Part shown: in pieces, positions 31,241-40,784 of the stretch
Layout of the letters: every line of letters begins with the position of its first letter
Numbering within the stretch: position 1 is the stretch's first letter
Origin: Treponemataceae bacterium
GTDB lineage: Bacteria; Spirochaetota; Spirochaetia; Treponematales; Rectinemataceae
NCBI GenBank assembly: GCA_963678065.2
Contig: CAXXVZ010000002.1
Coordinates: 96,001-160,000, forward strand
Length of the DNA: 64,000 bases
Reading direction: 5' to 3'
Notes under the pieces: generated by a model
The model's input: the letters and a program-made list of their open reading frames with translations, nothing else
What the model was told of the DNA's origin: nothing
Databases searched by the model: none
Program-made: the position numbers and the translations under genes

Positions 31241-31534
31241 TTACAGGACGTTGGGAATGGCGATGAAGCGCTCTTCGCGCTCCGGGGCCATTCCCAGAAG
31301 ATTATTGGCGAGATTGGAGGGATTATTGGTGTCGGGCCTGACCCGGTTTTCGGAGGCGAGGGCGTGGACGGTGGGTTCGAGATGGTCTACATCGAGGAGA
31401 CTCATGCGGGAGAAGTTTTCCAGCATGGCCTCGAATGAGGGGGCGGCCGCAGCGAGCTCCGATTCGGTGACCGGAAGCCGGGCGAGACGCGCGGTGATGA
31501 CGAGGTCTTCTTGCAGCATGGAAGAGATTTGCAT
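31241..31534 (-). CDS. gatC: Amidotransferase subunit C
   Basis: ARLARL, LEPTVH, NRVRPD, FIAIPNVL; lies upstream of gatA. Confidence 0.88.
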   Translation of the reverse strand: MQISSMLQEDLVITARLARLPVTESELAAAAPSFEAMLENFSRMSLLDVDHLEPTVHALASENRVRPDTNNPSNLANNLLGMAPEREERFIAIPNVL

Positions 31535-31606
31535 ATTCCTTATACAAGTGTCAAGAATATTTATGCGAGGCGGACCGGAAAGCGTCGCCTTCCACCTCTC
31601 CGGACC

Positions 31607-32605
31607 TCATCCCAGCTCAAAGCTCGTGACGCCGAAAATCCGCTCCGCCCGCAGATCGGGCACGGAGCCTGTGTACATTCTCGCAGTCTCGAAGACCTTC
31701 TCGAGCCCGAGATCGCGCGCAATCGCGAGGGCGGCCACATTCGTTTCGGGAACATCCAGAAACCAGAGCGGGTCCCTGATCTCCCCGAGAAGCGAGGTCA
31801 GGATGGCGAGAGCGCATTCCCGGTCATCCGCGAAGAGCGGGCCGACCTTCCAGCCTTCCCTGCAGGGCCTGATCGCTCCGAAGCCCCTGATGGCCGACGA
31901 CTCCTTGCCTGAGGCGTGATCTCTCCCTGAAGGGAGACTCCCCCCTGCCCCGGAAAACCTGTCCGCAGCGGGTGCGGCGACAAGCGCCCGGGCTATCGTC
32001 CCCGGGCGCGAAATCCAGTCGGCGATAAAGTTTTTCCGCGGCGCGGGAAAGCAGAGCCTGTCATAGGCAGCCAGGTCTTCGATGTCGACATCGGCACAAT
32101 TCCTGACTGCACAACCGGCCGGCTGCATAGCAGCATTGCCGGCACCCGCTCCGGCTGTCGGCCACGGTTTCTGGTACGAGGCCGCCTTTCGCGCCGCAGC
32201 CCCGTCGCCACGGAACCGGATATTCCTGCAAGCGAGGCGGAATCCGGACCTGCCGTAGTTTTCCTGCTGTTCGACGACTCCGTCCAGCCCGATATTCCGA
32301 TCCCGGAGGTGCTCCATTGCACGGCGCCACAGCCTGATCCCGTATCCCTTTCCCCGGAATTCCGGCCTCACGATGTAGAATCCGACAAAGCCGAAATCAC
32401 CGCCATAGGCGACGGCCGAAATACAGCCCACGGGCTCTTTGCCAAGGAATCCCATGAAAAATCCATCAGGATCACAGCGCAAAAAACATTCCGTATCGTG
32501 CAGCCCCGGATTCCAGCCTTCCTGCGCCGCCCATCCGACAGCCAGATCGAGTTCTTCCGCGCTCATTGTCCGGATCGCAAATTCCGCAACCTTGTCATCG
32601 ACCAT
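31607..32605 (-). CDS. GNAT acetyltransferase (YitH-like, tandem GNAT)
   Basis: WAAQEGWNPG, FRGKGYG, KVGPLFAD, FETARMY. Confidence 0.85.
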   Translation of the reverse strand: MVDDKVAEFAIRTMSAEELDLAVGWAAQEGWNPGLHDTECFLRCDPDGFFMGFLGKEPVGCISAVAYGGDFGFVGFYIVRPEFRGKGYGIRLWRRAMEHLRDRNIGLDGVVEQQENYGRSGFRLACRNIRFRGDGAAARKAASYQKPWPTAGAGAGNAAMQPAGCAVRNCADVDIEDLAAYDRLCFPAPRKNFIADWISRPGTIARALVAAPAADRFSGAGGSLPSGRDHASGKESSAIRGFGAIRPCREGWKVGPLFADDRECALAILTSLLGEIRDPLWFLDVPETNVAALAIARDLGLEKVFETARMYTGSVPDLRAERIFGVTSFELG

Positions 32606-32651
32606 CGTCGACCTCCGACACCCATCCCTCGTCTCGCCCCTGATGGGGCCT

Positions 32652-33176
32652 TCAGCCCCCCAAATCCTCTGGCATATGCCTCATTTCGCCGTTCACGCCG
32701 AGGCGGGCAATATCGGAGGCGCGGTCCGGATAGAGGCGGACCAGCTCCGACGCGATCCCTGCCTCGAAACAGGAGGCCGTGAAGCCGGGAGCCATCGTGC
32801 AGCCGAAGAGCGAGTAGCGCCCGCCGGGGAGCATGTATCCGGCCTGCCAGACGCGGGCGGGCACCACGAACTGGACATTCTGCCCGGCGAGCGGGTCGCA
32901 TCCCATGAGGATTTCGCCGCTCGTGCCGTCGGGGTACAGAAGGACGAGTACGAAGGGATCGCCGCCGTAGACGTGCCAGACCTCGTCGAATGACAGACGG
33001 TGGAAGCAGGAGACGCTCGCGGGATCGTCGGCGTACAGCCCTATCATCGCGGTTCCCGCGTTTCCTCCGTCAGCCAGCAGAAAAAGAGAGCGGTAGGTGC
33101 TCCGGTACAGAGTACCTTCGACGGGAAGTCGGCTGAATCCGAAATGTTCGATGACCGCTTCGGTATCGGGATGCAT
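32652..33176 (-). CDS. Cupin superfamily protein (DUF985-like)
   Basis: FHRL, DEVWHVYGGDP, VVPARVWQA, CTMAPGF. Confidence 0.85.
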   Translation of the reverse strand: MHPDTEAVIEHFGFSRLPVEGTLYRSTYRSLFLLADGGNAGTAMIGLYADDPASVSCFHRLSFDEVWHVYGGDPFVLVLLYPDGTSGEILMGCDPLAGQNVQFVVPARVWQAGYMLPGGRYSLFGCTMAPGFTASCFEAGIASELVRLYPDRASDIARLGVNGEMRHMPEDLGG

Positions 33177-33314
33177 CGTTCACCTCCCCGTCATCGCGCC
33201 GTCCGCGTGACGATTTCTGCGCCCGCTTCGCCTGGCGCCTGCCCGGCCTGAACGCGCGCGGGCTGCGCAAGATTCGGGTGCGGCTCAACCCAGATCGGAC
33301 CAGCTCAAATCCGC

Positions 33315-33965
33315 TCAATCCAAAAAAGTCTTCCAGTCAGGATCCCCGTGGGCGCGGAAACAGAGCTCGATCTGTCCCCGGACAACCCTGTTTTCCGAGA
33401 GGGGCGGCAGGGCGTCGAGAGAAAAAAAGCCGATCCCGTCGGTCTCGAAGTTCGGGACGAAGCGTTTTTCTACTTCCCCGGCGGTTGATACCGCGGCATC
33501 CGCCACGGAGCAGTCGACGAAGATCTTGAGGCAGCCATAGGACATGGGCGGGGGGTTGTGGCGGTTCCGCTCAAGGACGGCTACAACTTTGCGCGGAATG
33601 ACCTCCAGCCCGGCTTCCTCGCGCGATTCCTTGATGACCATCTCGCGGACGGAGAGATCGACGTCGGCCCAGCCGCCCGGCAGAGACCACTTTCCGTCGG
33701 TCGTCTCGCGCACCATGAGGATTCGCCCGTCGACGATGATGGAGGCGCGCACGTCGACTTTGGGCGTCGGATAGCCGGCCTCCCGGCTGAATACCCCCGC
33801 GATGCGGTCCAGGGGAGCGTCGGTCGCCGCCTCCATGAGCTCGAAGGAGATTCTCATGAGCTCTTCGTAGCGGTCGAGGTCGAATGGGTCCTTGCAGTAC
33901 GTCTTCCCGGTCTGCGCTATCGCCTGGATGCGCTTGGCTTTCGCGAGCAGTTCAAGTGCCGTCAT
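33315..33965 (-). CDS. NUDIX hydrolase with N-terminal domain (YjhB-like)
   Basis: AIAQTG, FDLDRY, GYPTPKVDVR, Nudix box PGGWADVDLSVREMVIKESREEAG; start uncertain. Confidence 0.88.
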   Translation of the reverse strand: MTALELLAKAKRIQAIAQTGKTYCKDPFDLDRYEELMRISFELMEAATDAPLDRIAGVFSREAGYPTPKVDVRASIIVDGRILMVRETTDGKWSLPGGWADVDLSVREMVIKESREEAGLEVIPRKVVAVLERNRHNPPPMSYGCLKIFVDCSVADAAVSTAGEVEKRFVPNFETDGIGFFSLDALPPLSENRVVRGQIELCFRAHGDPDWKTFLD

Positions 33966-34145
33966 GGAACGACTATGCACCCTCGCGGGGTCTGGCATCA
34001 ATGCCCGACCCCGCATCCCGCGCAACCTTGCGCCTGGCTATCCCTCCTTCGAATCATCGCGCCAGCCCGCGGTATCGGAAAAAGTGGCAAAAAACGGCAT
34101 ACTTGTTCACGATCGCCCGCTTCGCTACACTCGTGAGACATATTT

Positions 34146-35654
34146 ATGCGCAAAATAGTGGTAAAATTCGGCGGATCCAACCTGAGGACAGCCGGCGACA
34201 TCGACAAGGTCGCGTCGATCGCCCAGAGCTACGGGCGCCCCCTCGTCATCGTGGTGTCCGCCTTCTACGGAATCACCAACTCCCTCATAGAGTGCGTCCG
34301 CGCCGCCAAAGCCGAAAACTCCGGCGGCCGCGGAGACGTGACTCGGAGCGCCGCGCAGGGCGTAATTCAGAGTGGCGCTCAGGCGGCGGATGGCGGAGTG
34401 CGCACCGCCTTCCCGGGCGACCCGGCCGGCGCTTCATCCCTCTCTTTCACCCGCGGTCTGCGCAAGCTCAAGCGGCAGATCATCGACGCGAGCATCCCCG
34501 ACAGGGCGGCCCGCGAACCCGTCTACGCCGAAGTTTCGGCCAGACTGGACCGGCTCGAGCGCTACCTCCTCGGCATCCACTACATCGGCGACGTGCCGGA
34601 CTTCCTCTCCGACACCATCCTGAGCTACGGCGAGCGGCTCTCCTCCCTCATCCTGGCCGCAGCCCTGCGTTCGCGCGGGGTCGACTGCGAGGAAATCCTG
34701 CCCGAAGACCTCGGCCTCGTCACGGACGGCGAGTTCGGCAACGCGGGCTGCGATTTCGCGGCCTGCGAGGAGCCCGTCGCCGCCCGACTCGCCCCGGACA
34801 GAACCTTCGTCGTGCCGGGCTTCTACGGCATCGGCCCGGACGGAAGGGCGACCCTCTTCGGCCGGGGTGGCTCCGACTACTCCGCGGCGGCCATCGCCCG
34901 CTGCGTCGGCGCCGAATCCCTCGATGTCTGGAAGGACGTCGGCGGATTCCTCAGCGCCGACCCGCGTGAGGTCGCGAATCCCCGGCGCATCGCGGGCTTA
35001 AGCTACCTGGAGGCCGCTGAGCTCTCCTATTTCGGCGCCAAGATACTGCACCCGCGCACCGTGGAGCCCCTCTTCGACAGGAACATTCCCATCCGCATCA
35101 TGAACGTCGACGCATTCGCGCCGGGCGGGGCGATAGAGGCATGCACGACGATAGACGGAACGCGCCACGTCGCCGAGGGCATCGTCAAGGCCGTCAGCTC
35201 GAGCGAAGACGTCGGCATCCTGAAACTGCACGGGCCGGGCGTCGGCTTCAAGCACGGCATCCTCGCCAAGGTCACGGGCAAGCTCGACGACCGCGGCATC
35301 AACATAAAAAGCGTCATCACGGCCCAGACGGCCATCAACATACTCGTCGGACGGGCCGATCTGGAGAAGGCCTTCCACGCCGTGCGGGACCATATGGTCT
35401 CGGGCGTCGTCGACGTGACCATGAACGACGACGCGGCCATCGTCGCCGTGGTCGGAGAGGGAATCCTGGACGAAAGCGGCATCGGACTCGGCATCGCCGC
35501 GAGGTCCATGAAGGCGACATCGTCGGCGGGCATCCACGTTCTCGTCGCCTCGGCAGGAGCCAGCGAGGTGGCGCTCTACCTCCTCGTCGCGCTCAGAGAC
35601 CGCGCGAGGACTGTCGCCCGCATACACGAGGAATTTTTCGGAGGAAAGGCATGA
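34146..35654 (+). CDS. Aspartate kinase
   Basis: VVKFGGS, SYGERLS, FGRGGSDYSA, EAAELSYFGAKILHP, C-terminal ACT domains. Confidence 0.92.
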   Translation: MRKIVVKFGGSNLRTAGDIDKVASIAQSYGRPLVIVVSAFYGITNSLIECVRAAKAENSGGRGDVTRSAAQGVIQSGAQAADGGVRTAFPGDPAGASSLSFTRGLRKLKRQIIDASIPDRAAREPVYAEVSARLDRLERYLLGIHYIGDVPDFLSDTILSYGERLSSLILAAALRSRGVDCEEILPEDLGLVTDGEFGNAGCDFAACEEPVAARLAPDRTFVVPGFYGIGPDGRATLFGRGGSDYSAAAIARCVGAESLDVWKDVGGFLSADPREVANPRRIAGLSYLEAAELSYFGAKILHPRTVEPLFDRNIPIRIMNVDAFAPGGAIEACTTIDGTRHVAEGIVKAVSSSEDVGILKLHGPGVGFKHGILAKVTGKLDDRGINIKSVITAQTAINILVGRADLEKAFHAVRDHMVSGVVDVTMNDDAAIVAVVGEGILDESGIGLGIAARSMKATSSAGIHVLVASAGASEVALYLLVALRDRARTVARIHEEFFGGKA

Positions 35655-36802
35655 GCAAAAGCTACGAGGAAATCAACGAAAAGATCGGCCGGGGCGAGGC
35701 CGTCGTCCTGACGGCGGAAGAGGTCACGCGCATGGCCGCGGAGATGAGCCCCTCCGAAATCGCAAAGAAGGTCGACGTCGTCACCACTGCCACCTTCGGG
35801 GCGATGTGCTCCTCCGGCTGTTTCATCAATTTCGGACACCCGGAGCCCCCGCTCCGCATGGAGTCCCTCAGCCTGAACGGCGTGCCCGTCTTCGGCGGCG
35901 TCGCCGCGGTGGACGGCTACATCGGCGCCACCGAAGTCTCGCCCTCCGATCCTGCGTACGGTGGAGCCCACCTCATCGAGGCCCTCGCGAAAGGAGAAAG
36001 CCTTCTCCTCGAAGCGCGCGGCAAGGGCACGGACTGCTATCCGCGCCGCGAGATCCGCACCTGGATAAACAAAGACACGGTGAACGAGATCACCATGGTC
36101 AACCCGCGCAACGCCTACCAGAACTACCCCGCGGCGACGAACACGGGCGAGCACATGATCTACACCTACATGGGCAACCTTCTTCCGAAGATGGGCAACG
36201 TCACCTACTCGACCTCGGGCGAACTTTCGCCGCTGCTCAACGACCCGGAGCTGCGCACGATCGGCATCGGCACCCGCGTCTTCCTCGCGGGCGCCCAGGG
36301 TTTCGTCAGCTGGCGCGGCACGCAGTTCAACACCGAAAAGGCCCGCAACGAGGCCGGAATTCCGACGAGCAACGCGCGCACCCTCATGCTCACAGGCGAT
36401 GTGAAGGAGATGGACCCGGAATTCCTGCGCGCCGCCTACTTCGAGAAATACGGCGTCTCCCTCTTCATCGGCGTCGGCTTTCCGATCCCGGTCCTCGACG
36501 AGGATATGGCGAGGCGCGTCTGTATCTCCAACCGCGACATCGTCACGACGATCTGCGATTACGGCTCCGACGGGCACCCCGGCATCGGGAAGACGAGCTA
36601 CGCGGAACTCCGCTCGGGCTCGGTCGAACTCGCGGGCAAACAGGTCCGGACAGCGCCCCTCTCCAGCCTCGCAAAGGCGCGCAGAATCGCGGAAATCCTG
36701 AAAAATCTCGTCGCATCGGGCGCCTTTCCCCTCGCGCCGCCCGTCCAGGCTCTGCCCGGAAAATCCACTGTGTCCGGCCTCAAGGTCAGGGAGCGTGCGT
36801 GA
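35651..36802 (+). CDS. Homocysteine biosynthesis protein (DUF39, MA1821-like aspartate-semialdehyde sulfurtransferase)
   Basis: KSYEEINEKI, VDVVTTATFGAMCSSG, GTDCYPR, NPRNAYQNY, SGELSPLLNDP, TIGIGT; no CBS pair seen. Confidence 0.85.
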   Translation: MSKSYEEINEKIGRGEAVVLTAEEVTRMAAEMSPSEIAKKVDVVTTATFGAMCSSGCFINFGHPEPPLRMESLSLNGVPVFGGVAAVDGYIGATEVSPSDPAYGGAHLIEALAKGESLLLEARGKGTDCYPRREIRTWINKDTVNEITMVNPRNAYQNYPAATNTGEHMIYTYMGNLLPKMGNVTYSTSGELSPLLNDPELRTIGIGTRVFLAGAQGFVSWRGTQFNTEKARNEAGIPTSNARTLMLTGDVKEMDPEFLRAAYFEKYGVSLFIGVGFPIPVLDEDMARRVCISNRDIVTTICDYGSDGHPGIGKTSYAELRSGSVELAGKQVRTAPLSSLAKARRIAEILKNLVASGAFPLAPPVQALPGKSTVSGLKVRERA

Positions 36803-37212
36803 TGAAGGAAAAATACATTCTCGAATACTCCAGTTCCATCGTCGACGAGCCCGTCATATACACCCTCGTCAAACGTTTCGACGTCAAGGTCAACATCCTG
36901 CGCGCCGAAATTTCGCCCGGCCACGAGGGCAGCATGCTCGTCGAGCTGGAGAGCGATCCCGAAAATCTGGCGAAAAGCCGCGAGTATCTCGCGCGCTCCG
37001 CGATCAGGATGATTCCGATCGCCCAGTCCCTGATGTTCCGCGAGGCGGAGTGCATCGATTGCGGCGTCTGCACGGGCGTCTGCTTCTCGGGATGCCTCAC
37101 GATGGGGGCGCCCGACTGGAAGCTCGCGGTCGACAGGGACAAGTGCATAGCCTGCGGCCTCTGCGTGAAAGCCTGCCCCATGGGCCTCTTCAGCCTCAAA
37201 TTCGGGGAATGA
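36802..37212 (+). CDS. NIL domain plus 2x[4Fe-4S] ferredoxin (MA1822-like)
   Basis: VNILRA; CIDCGVCTGVC and CIACGLCVKACP. Confidence 0.88.
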   Translation: MKEKYILEYSSSIVDEPVIYTLVKRFDVKVNILRAEISPGHEGSMLVELESDPENLAKSREYLARSAIRMIPIAQSLMFREAECIDCGVCTGVCFSGCLTMGAPDWKLAVDRDKCIACGLCVKACPMGLFSLKFGE

Positions 37213-38054
37213 AGCCGGACTCGGAGGCCGGGCGCTCACCAGTGGCCGGACTGGACGCGGCCGGCGGACATTCCGGCGACACAGCCCATTCCGCGAATTC
37301 TTACCTCCGGCGCGAGTACCGCGGGCGCATGGGCTCACGCTTCCGCTCCTTCGTGGTCGCGCACCGCGAGACCGATCTCTGGATAGGCGTCGACCCGGCC
37401 TCGTGGGAGGAGTCGATGGGGGCCTTCGTCTTCGCCCGGGCTGTGGAATACCGCGCGCAGCTCGCGATCTACGGGGCGTCGCGCCCCGAGTTTCTTGCAA
37501 GCTTCAGCCCGATACCGCGGGACGCCGGGGCCCCGCCTGTGGCCGCCCTCATGATGGAGGCCGCAGCCGCGGCAGATGTCGGCCCCATGGCGGCGGTCGC
37601 GGGCGCCGTCGCGCGCTTCGTCGGCGAGGACTTGCAGCGCGAATTCGGCGCCCGCGAAATCCTCGTCGAGAATGGCGGCGACATCTGGCTCCTCTTCGAA
37701 TCCCCCGTCGACATCGCCGTTTTCGCGGGGAACTCCCCTCTTTCAGAGCGCGTCGGCCTCAGCCTTCCGCCTGGGCTTTCCCCCTGCGGCGTCTGCACTT
37801 CGAGCGGCACCGTCGGCCCCTCGTTCAGCTACGGCGCCGCCGATGCCGCCATGGTCGTCTGCCGCGATGCCGCCCTCGCCGACGCCTGGGCCACGGCCGC
37901 CGGGAACCTCGTCACCACGGAGGCCGACATCGAGCCGGCCATTACCCGCGTCGGCACGAAGCCGGGAATCATCTCCGTCCTCGTCGTCAAGAATGGCAGG
38001 ATGGGCATCAGGGGCGAACTGCCGCTGAAAGTCTTCAATCCCGACAGGGCCTGA
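37209..38054 (+). CDS. UPF0280/ApbE-like protein (MA1715-like)
   Basis: VGPMAAVAGA, VENGGDI, GVCTSSGTVGPSFSYGAADA, LADAWAT. Confidence 0.85.
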   Translation: MKPDSEAGRSPVAGLDAAGGHSGDTAHSANSYLRREYRGRMGSRFRSFVVAHRETDLWIGVDPASWEESMGAFVFARAVEYRAQLAIYGASRPEFLASFSPIPRDAGAPPVAALMMEAAAAADVGPMAAVAGAVARFVGEDLQREFGAREILVENGGDIWLLFESPVDIAVFAGNSPLSERVGLSLPPGLSPCGVCTSSGTVGPSFSYGAADAAMVVCRDAALADAWATAAGNLVTTEADIEPAITRVGTKPGIISVLVVKNGRMGIRGELPLKVFNPDRA

Positions 38055-38083
38055 GCCCGGCGGGAATGATCGGAGGACCGACA

Positions 38084-39523
38084 ATGGATTTCGAAGCTTC
38101 GCCTTCCCGCAGGAACATCATCCTGGCCAACACCTGCATGGCCACCTTCATGGCGACCCTCGACGGGAGCATCGTCAACATCGCCCTGCCCGTCATCTCG
38201 CAATCCTTCGCGGTCAGCATCAACGCGGTTCAGTGGATCGTGTCCGCATACCTCCTCACGGTCTCGGCCACGCTCCTCGTCTGGGGCAGACTCTCCGACC
38301 TCTATGGGAGGAAAAAGCTCTTCGCCTCCGGCATGGCGGTCTTCGCCCTCGGCTCGCTGCTCTGCGGTCTGGCCGGAAGCCTGGTCGCGCTGGTCGCGGC
38401 GCGGGTAGTCCAGGCGATCGGAGCCTCGATCATGATGGCCCTCGTGCAGGGCATCGTGACCTCGATATTCCCGCCCGCCGAACGGGGCAAGGCTTTAGGC
38501 ACAGTCGGAGCAGTCGTCTCGATCGGTTCGCTCGTGGGGCCGGGCCTGGGCGGAATAATGGTCCACGCCGCGGGCTGGCAGTCGATCTTTCTCATCAACA
38601 TCCCGATCGGGATCGCGGGCGTCGTCATCACCATGATCAACATGCCGGGAGCCACGGAGGCCGACAAGGTCCGGGCCCGTCGGGCCGGAAAATTCGACCT
38701 TCCCGGAGCGGGGCTTTTCGGCGCCGCCATCGTCTTCCTCTTCTTCGGTCTCCTCGCCGCGCAGGGGGGAATGATCCAGACCGGACCGATGCTGGCGATG
38801 CTGGTCGCGGCCCTCCTTCTCCTTGCGACTTTCTTCGCGAACGAAAAACGCAGGACAAATCCCCTCGTCGATCTGGGCATGTTCGCCAACCCTGTGTTCA
38901 GCTCGGGTCTGGCCGCATCCTTCCTGTCCTACACCTCGATGTTCGCCTATGTCTTCTTCATGCCCTTTTTTCTGCAGTATGTCGCGAAGATGGACGTGCT
39001 CAGGGCGGGGCTCGTGATGTCGGCCTACCCTCTGACCACGGCCCTCGTCGCTCCTTTGAGCGGCAAACTGTCGGACAGGATAGGCTACCGCCCGCTCACC
39101 ATCGCGGGCGCGACGGTGAGCACGGTCGTTCTCGCCCTCGTATCCGGGCTCGGAGCCTCGAGTCCGGAAGGGCTGATGATAGCGCTCATTGTCCTCTTGG
39201 GGGCGGGCGGGGCTCTCTTCCAGTCTCCGAACACCTCGAGCGTGATGGGGGCGGCGTCCAGGGACAAGCTCGGAATCGCGGGGAGCATCAGCGCCTTCTT
39301 CCGCAACTTCGGGATGGTTTCGGGAACCACCTTCTCCGTGCTGCTTTTCACTGTGATCACCCGCGCGGGGATAGGAGATGTCGGTTCCGCCTCCTTCGAC
39401 GAAACCCTGTTCATGAAGGGATTCCGGGTCGTCATGCTCGCCGCGTCGGCCCTGTCGTTGCTCAATGCGGGGCTGAGCACAATCCGGAACAGCGCAGAAC
39501 TGGCGGCGGGCGGAAAACGGTAA
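38084..39523 (+). CDS. MFS transporter, DHA2 family
   Basis: LDGSIVNIALP, GRLSDLYGRK, INIPIG; about 14 TM segments. Confidence 0.9.
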   Translation: MDFEASPSRRNIILANTCMATFMATLDGSIVNIALPVISQSFAVSINAVQWIVSAYLLTVSATLLVWGRLSDLYGRKKLFASGMAVFALGSLLCGLAGSLVALVAARVVQAIGASIMMALVQGIVTSIFPPAERGKALGTVGAVVSIGSLVGPGLGGIMVHAAGWQSIFLINIPIGIAGVVITMINMPGATEADKVRARRAGKFDLPGAGLFGAAIVFLFFGLLAAQGGMIQTGPMLAMLVAALLLLATFFANEKRRTNPLVDLGMFANPVFSSGLAASFLSYTSMFAYVFFMPFFLQYVAKMDVLRAGLVMSAYPLTTALVAPLSGKLSDRIGYRPLTIAGATVSTVVLALVSGLGASSPEGLMIALIVLLGAGGALFQSPNTSSVMGAASRDKLGIAGSISAFFRNFGMVSGTTFSVLLFTVITRAGIGDVGSASFDETLFMKGFRVVMLAASALSLLNAGLSTIRNSAELAAGGKR

Positions 39524-39578
39524 ACCGGCCGCAATGGGCGGGGTCGCGTGAGGCCCTTTCCCCCGTGAAGTCCGGGTT

Positions 39579-40742
39579 TTACTTGAAATACTTCAGGAAA
39601 TACCCATACCCCTCAGTTTCCATCGACTCCTTCGGAACGAAGCGGAGTGAGGCGGAGTTCATGCAGAACCTACGCCCGGTCGGCGGCGGGCCGTCGTCGA
39701 ACACATGCCCGAGGTGCGAGTCGGCGTAGCGCGAGCGGACCTCTTCCCTGACCATGCCGAGGCTGGAATCGGTTATTATGACGATGTTCGATGGCACGAG
39801 CGCCTGGGTGAAGCTCGGCCAGCCCGTCCCGGAATCGTACTTGTCGCGCGAGCTGAAAAGCGGCTCTCCGGAGACAATGTCGACGTAGATTCCCTCGCTC
39901 TCGGAGTGCCAGTACTCGTTCCCGAAGGCGGGCTCGGTGCCGTCTTTCTGCGTCACGTCGAACTGCTCAGGCGAGAGCCTGGTTTTGAGGATGGAGGCAG
40001 AGGGTTTGACGTAATAGCCGGCGGCGGCGGCCGATGGAGGAAGGCCATGATCCTTCGCGGCCTGGGCACCCCACGCCGCGCGGAAGAAGGCATCGCGTCC
40101 CGAAGCCTCGCGGTAGCTCGCATAATGTCCGGGATTCTTTCTGGCGTAATCCTGGTGGTAGTCCTCGGCGGGGTAGAAGACCGAGGCGAGGCGGATTTCA
40201 GCGACGATCGGCTTTTTGAAGACGCCGGACGCGCCGAGCGCGGCCTTCGACTTTTCGGCGAGAGCCTTTTCGGCCGCGTTCATGTAATAGACGATGGGCC
40301 GGTAGTTGGATCCCCTGTCGTAGAATGATCCTCCGCCATCGGTCGGGTCGACACTCCTCCAGTACAGGTCGAGGAGCCCGGCGTAGCTTGTCCGCGAGGG
40401 ATCGTATATGACCTGTACTGCTTCCACATGGCCATTCTGTCCGTAGTTCTCGTAGCTGGGATTGCTGGTACGCCCACCCGTGTAGCCCGAGATGGCCGAA
40501 ATGACACCATACTGTTTTTCAAACGCGGATTCCATGCTCCAGAAACAGCCGCCGGCGAAGATGGCTTTTTCCAGTTTCACGGGAGCCGGGGGGCTTGCCG
40601 ACCGATTATTCCCCTGTGGGGAAGGTCCGGAGGCACTCGAAAGGATGAGAATCACGATGCCGACCAGGACGAGGGCGGAGAACAGGGCGAGGACGCTGAT
40701 CCAACCGGTCCGCAGCGGACTCCGTGTCCGTGAATCATCCAT
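39579..40742 (-). CDS. msrAB: Membrane-anchored bifunctional methionine sulfoxide reductase A/B
   Basis: N-terminal TM; FAGGCFW and EDYHQDY (MsrA); [14 protein letters not shown] and RFCMNS (MsrB). Confidence 0.92.
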   Translation of the reverse strand: MDDSRTRSPLRTGWISVLALFSALVLVGIVILILSSASGPSPQGNNRSASPPAPVKLEKAIFAGGCFWSMESAFEKQYGVISAISGYTGGRTSNPSYENYGQNGHVEAVQVIYDPSRTSYAGLLDLYWRSVDPTDGGGSFYDRGSNYRPIVYYMNAAEKALAEKSKAALGASGVFKKPIVAEIRLASVFYPAEDYHQDYARKNPGHYASYREASGRDAFFRAAWGAQAAKDHGLPPSAAAAGYYVKPSASILKTRLSPEQFDVTQKDGTEPAFGNEYWHSESEGIYVDIVSGEPLFSSRDKYDSGTGWPSFTQALVPSNIVIITDSSLGMVREEVRSRYADSHLGHVFDDGPPPTGRRFCMNSASLRFVPKESMETEGYGYFLKYFK

Positions 40743-40784
40743 ATATCTTTCCTTTGCGCGGGAATCGACGGCCACGCCACCGTG

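Noticed and set aside
34030..34145. SAM or lysine riboswitch ahead of the aspartokinase operon
   Set aside because: The leader is short and I could not recognise aptamer motifs or a terminator.
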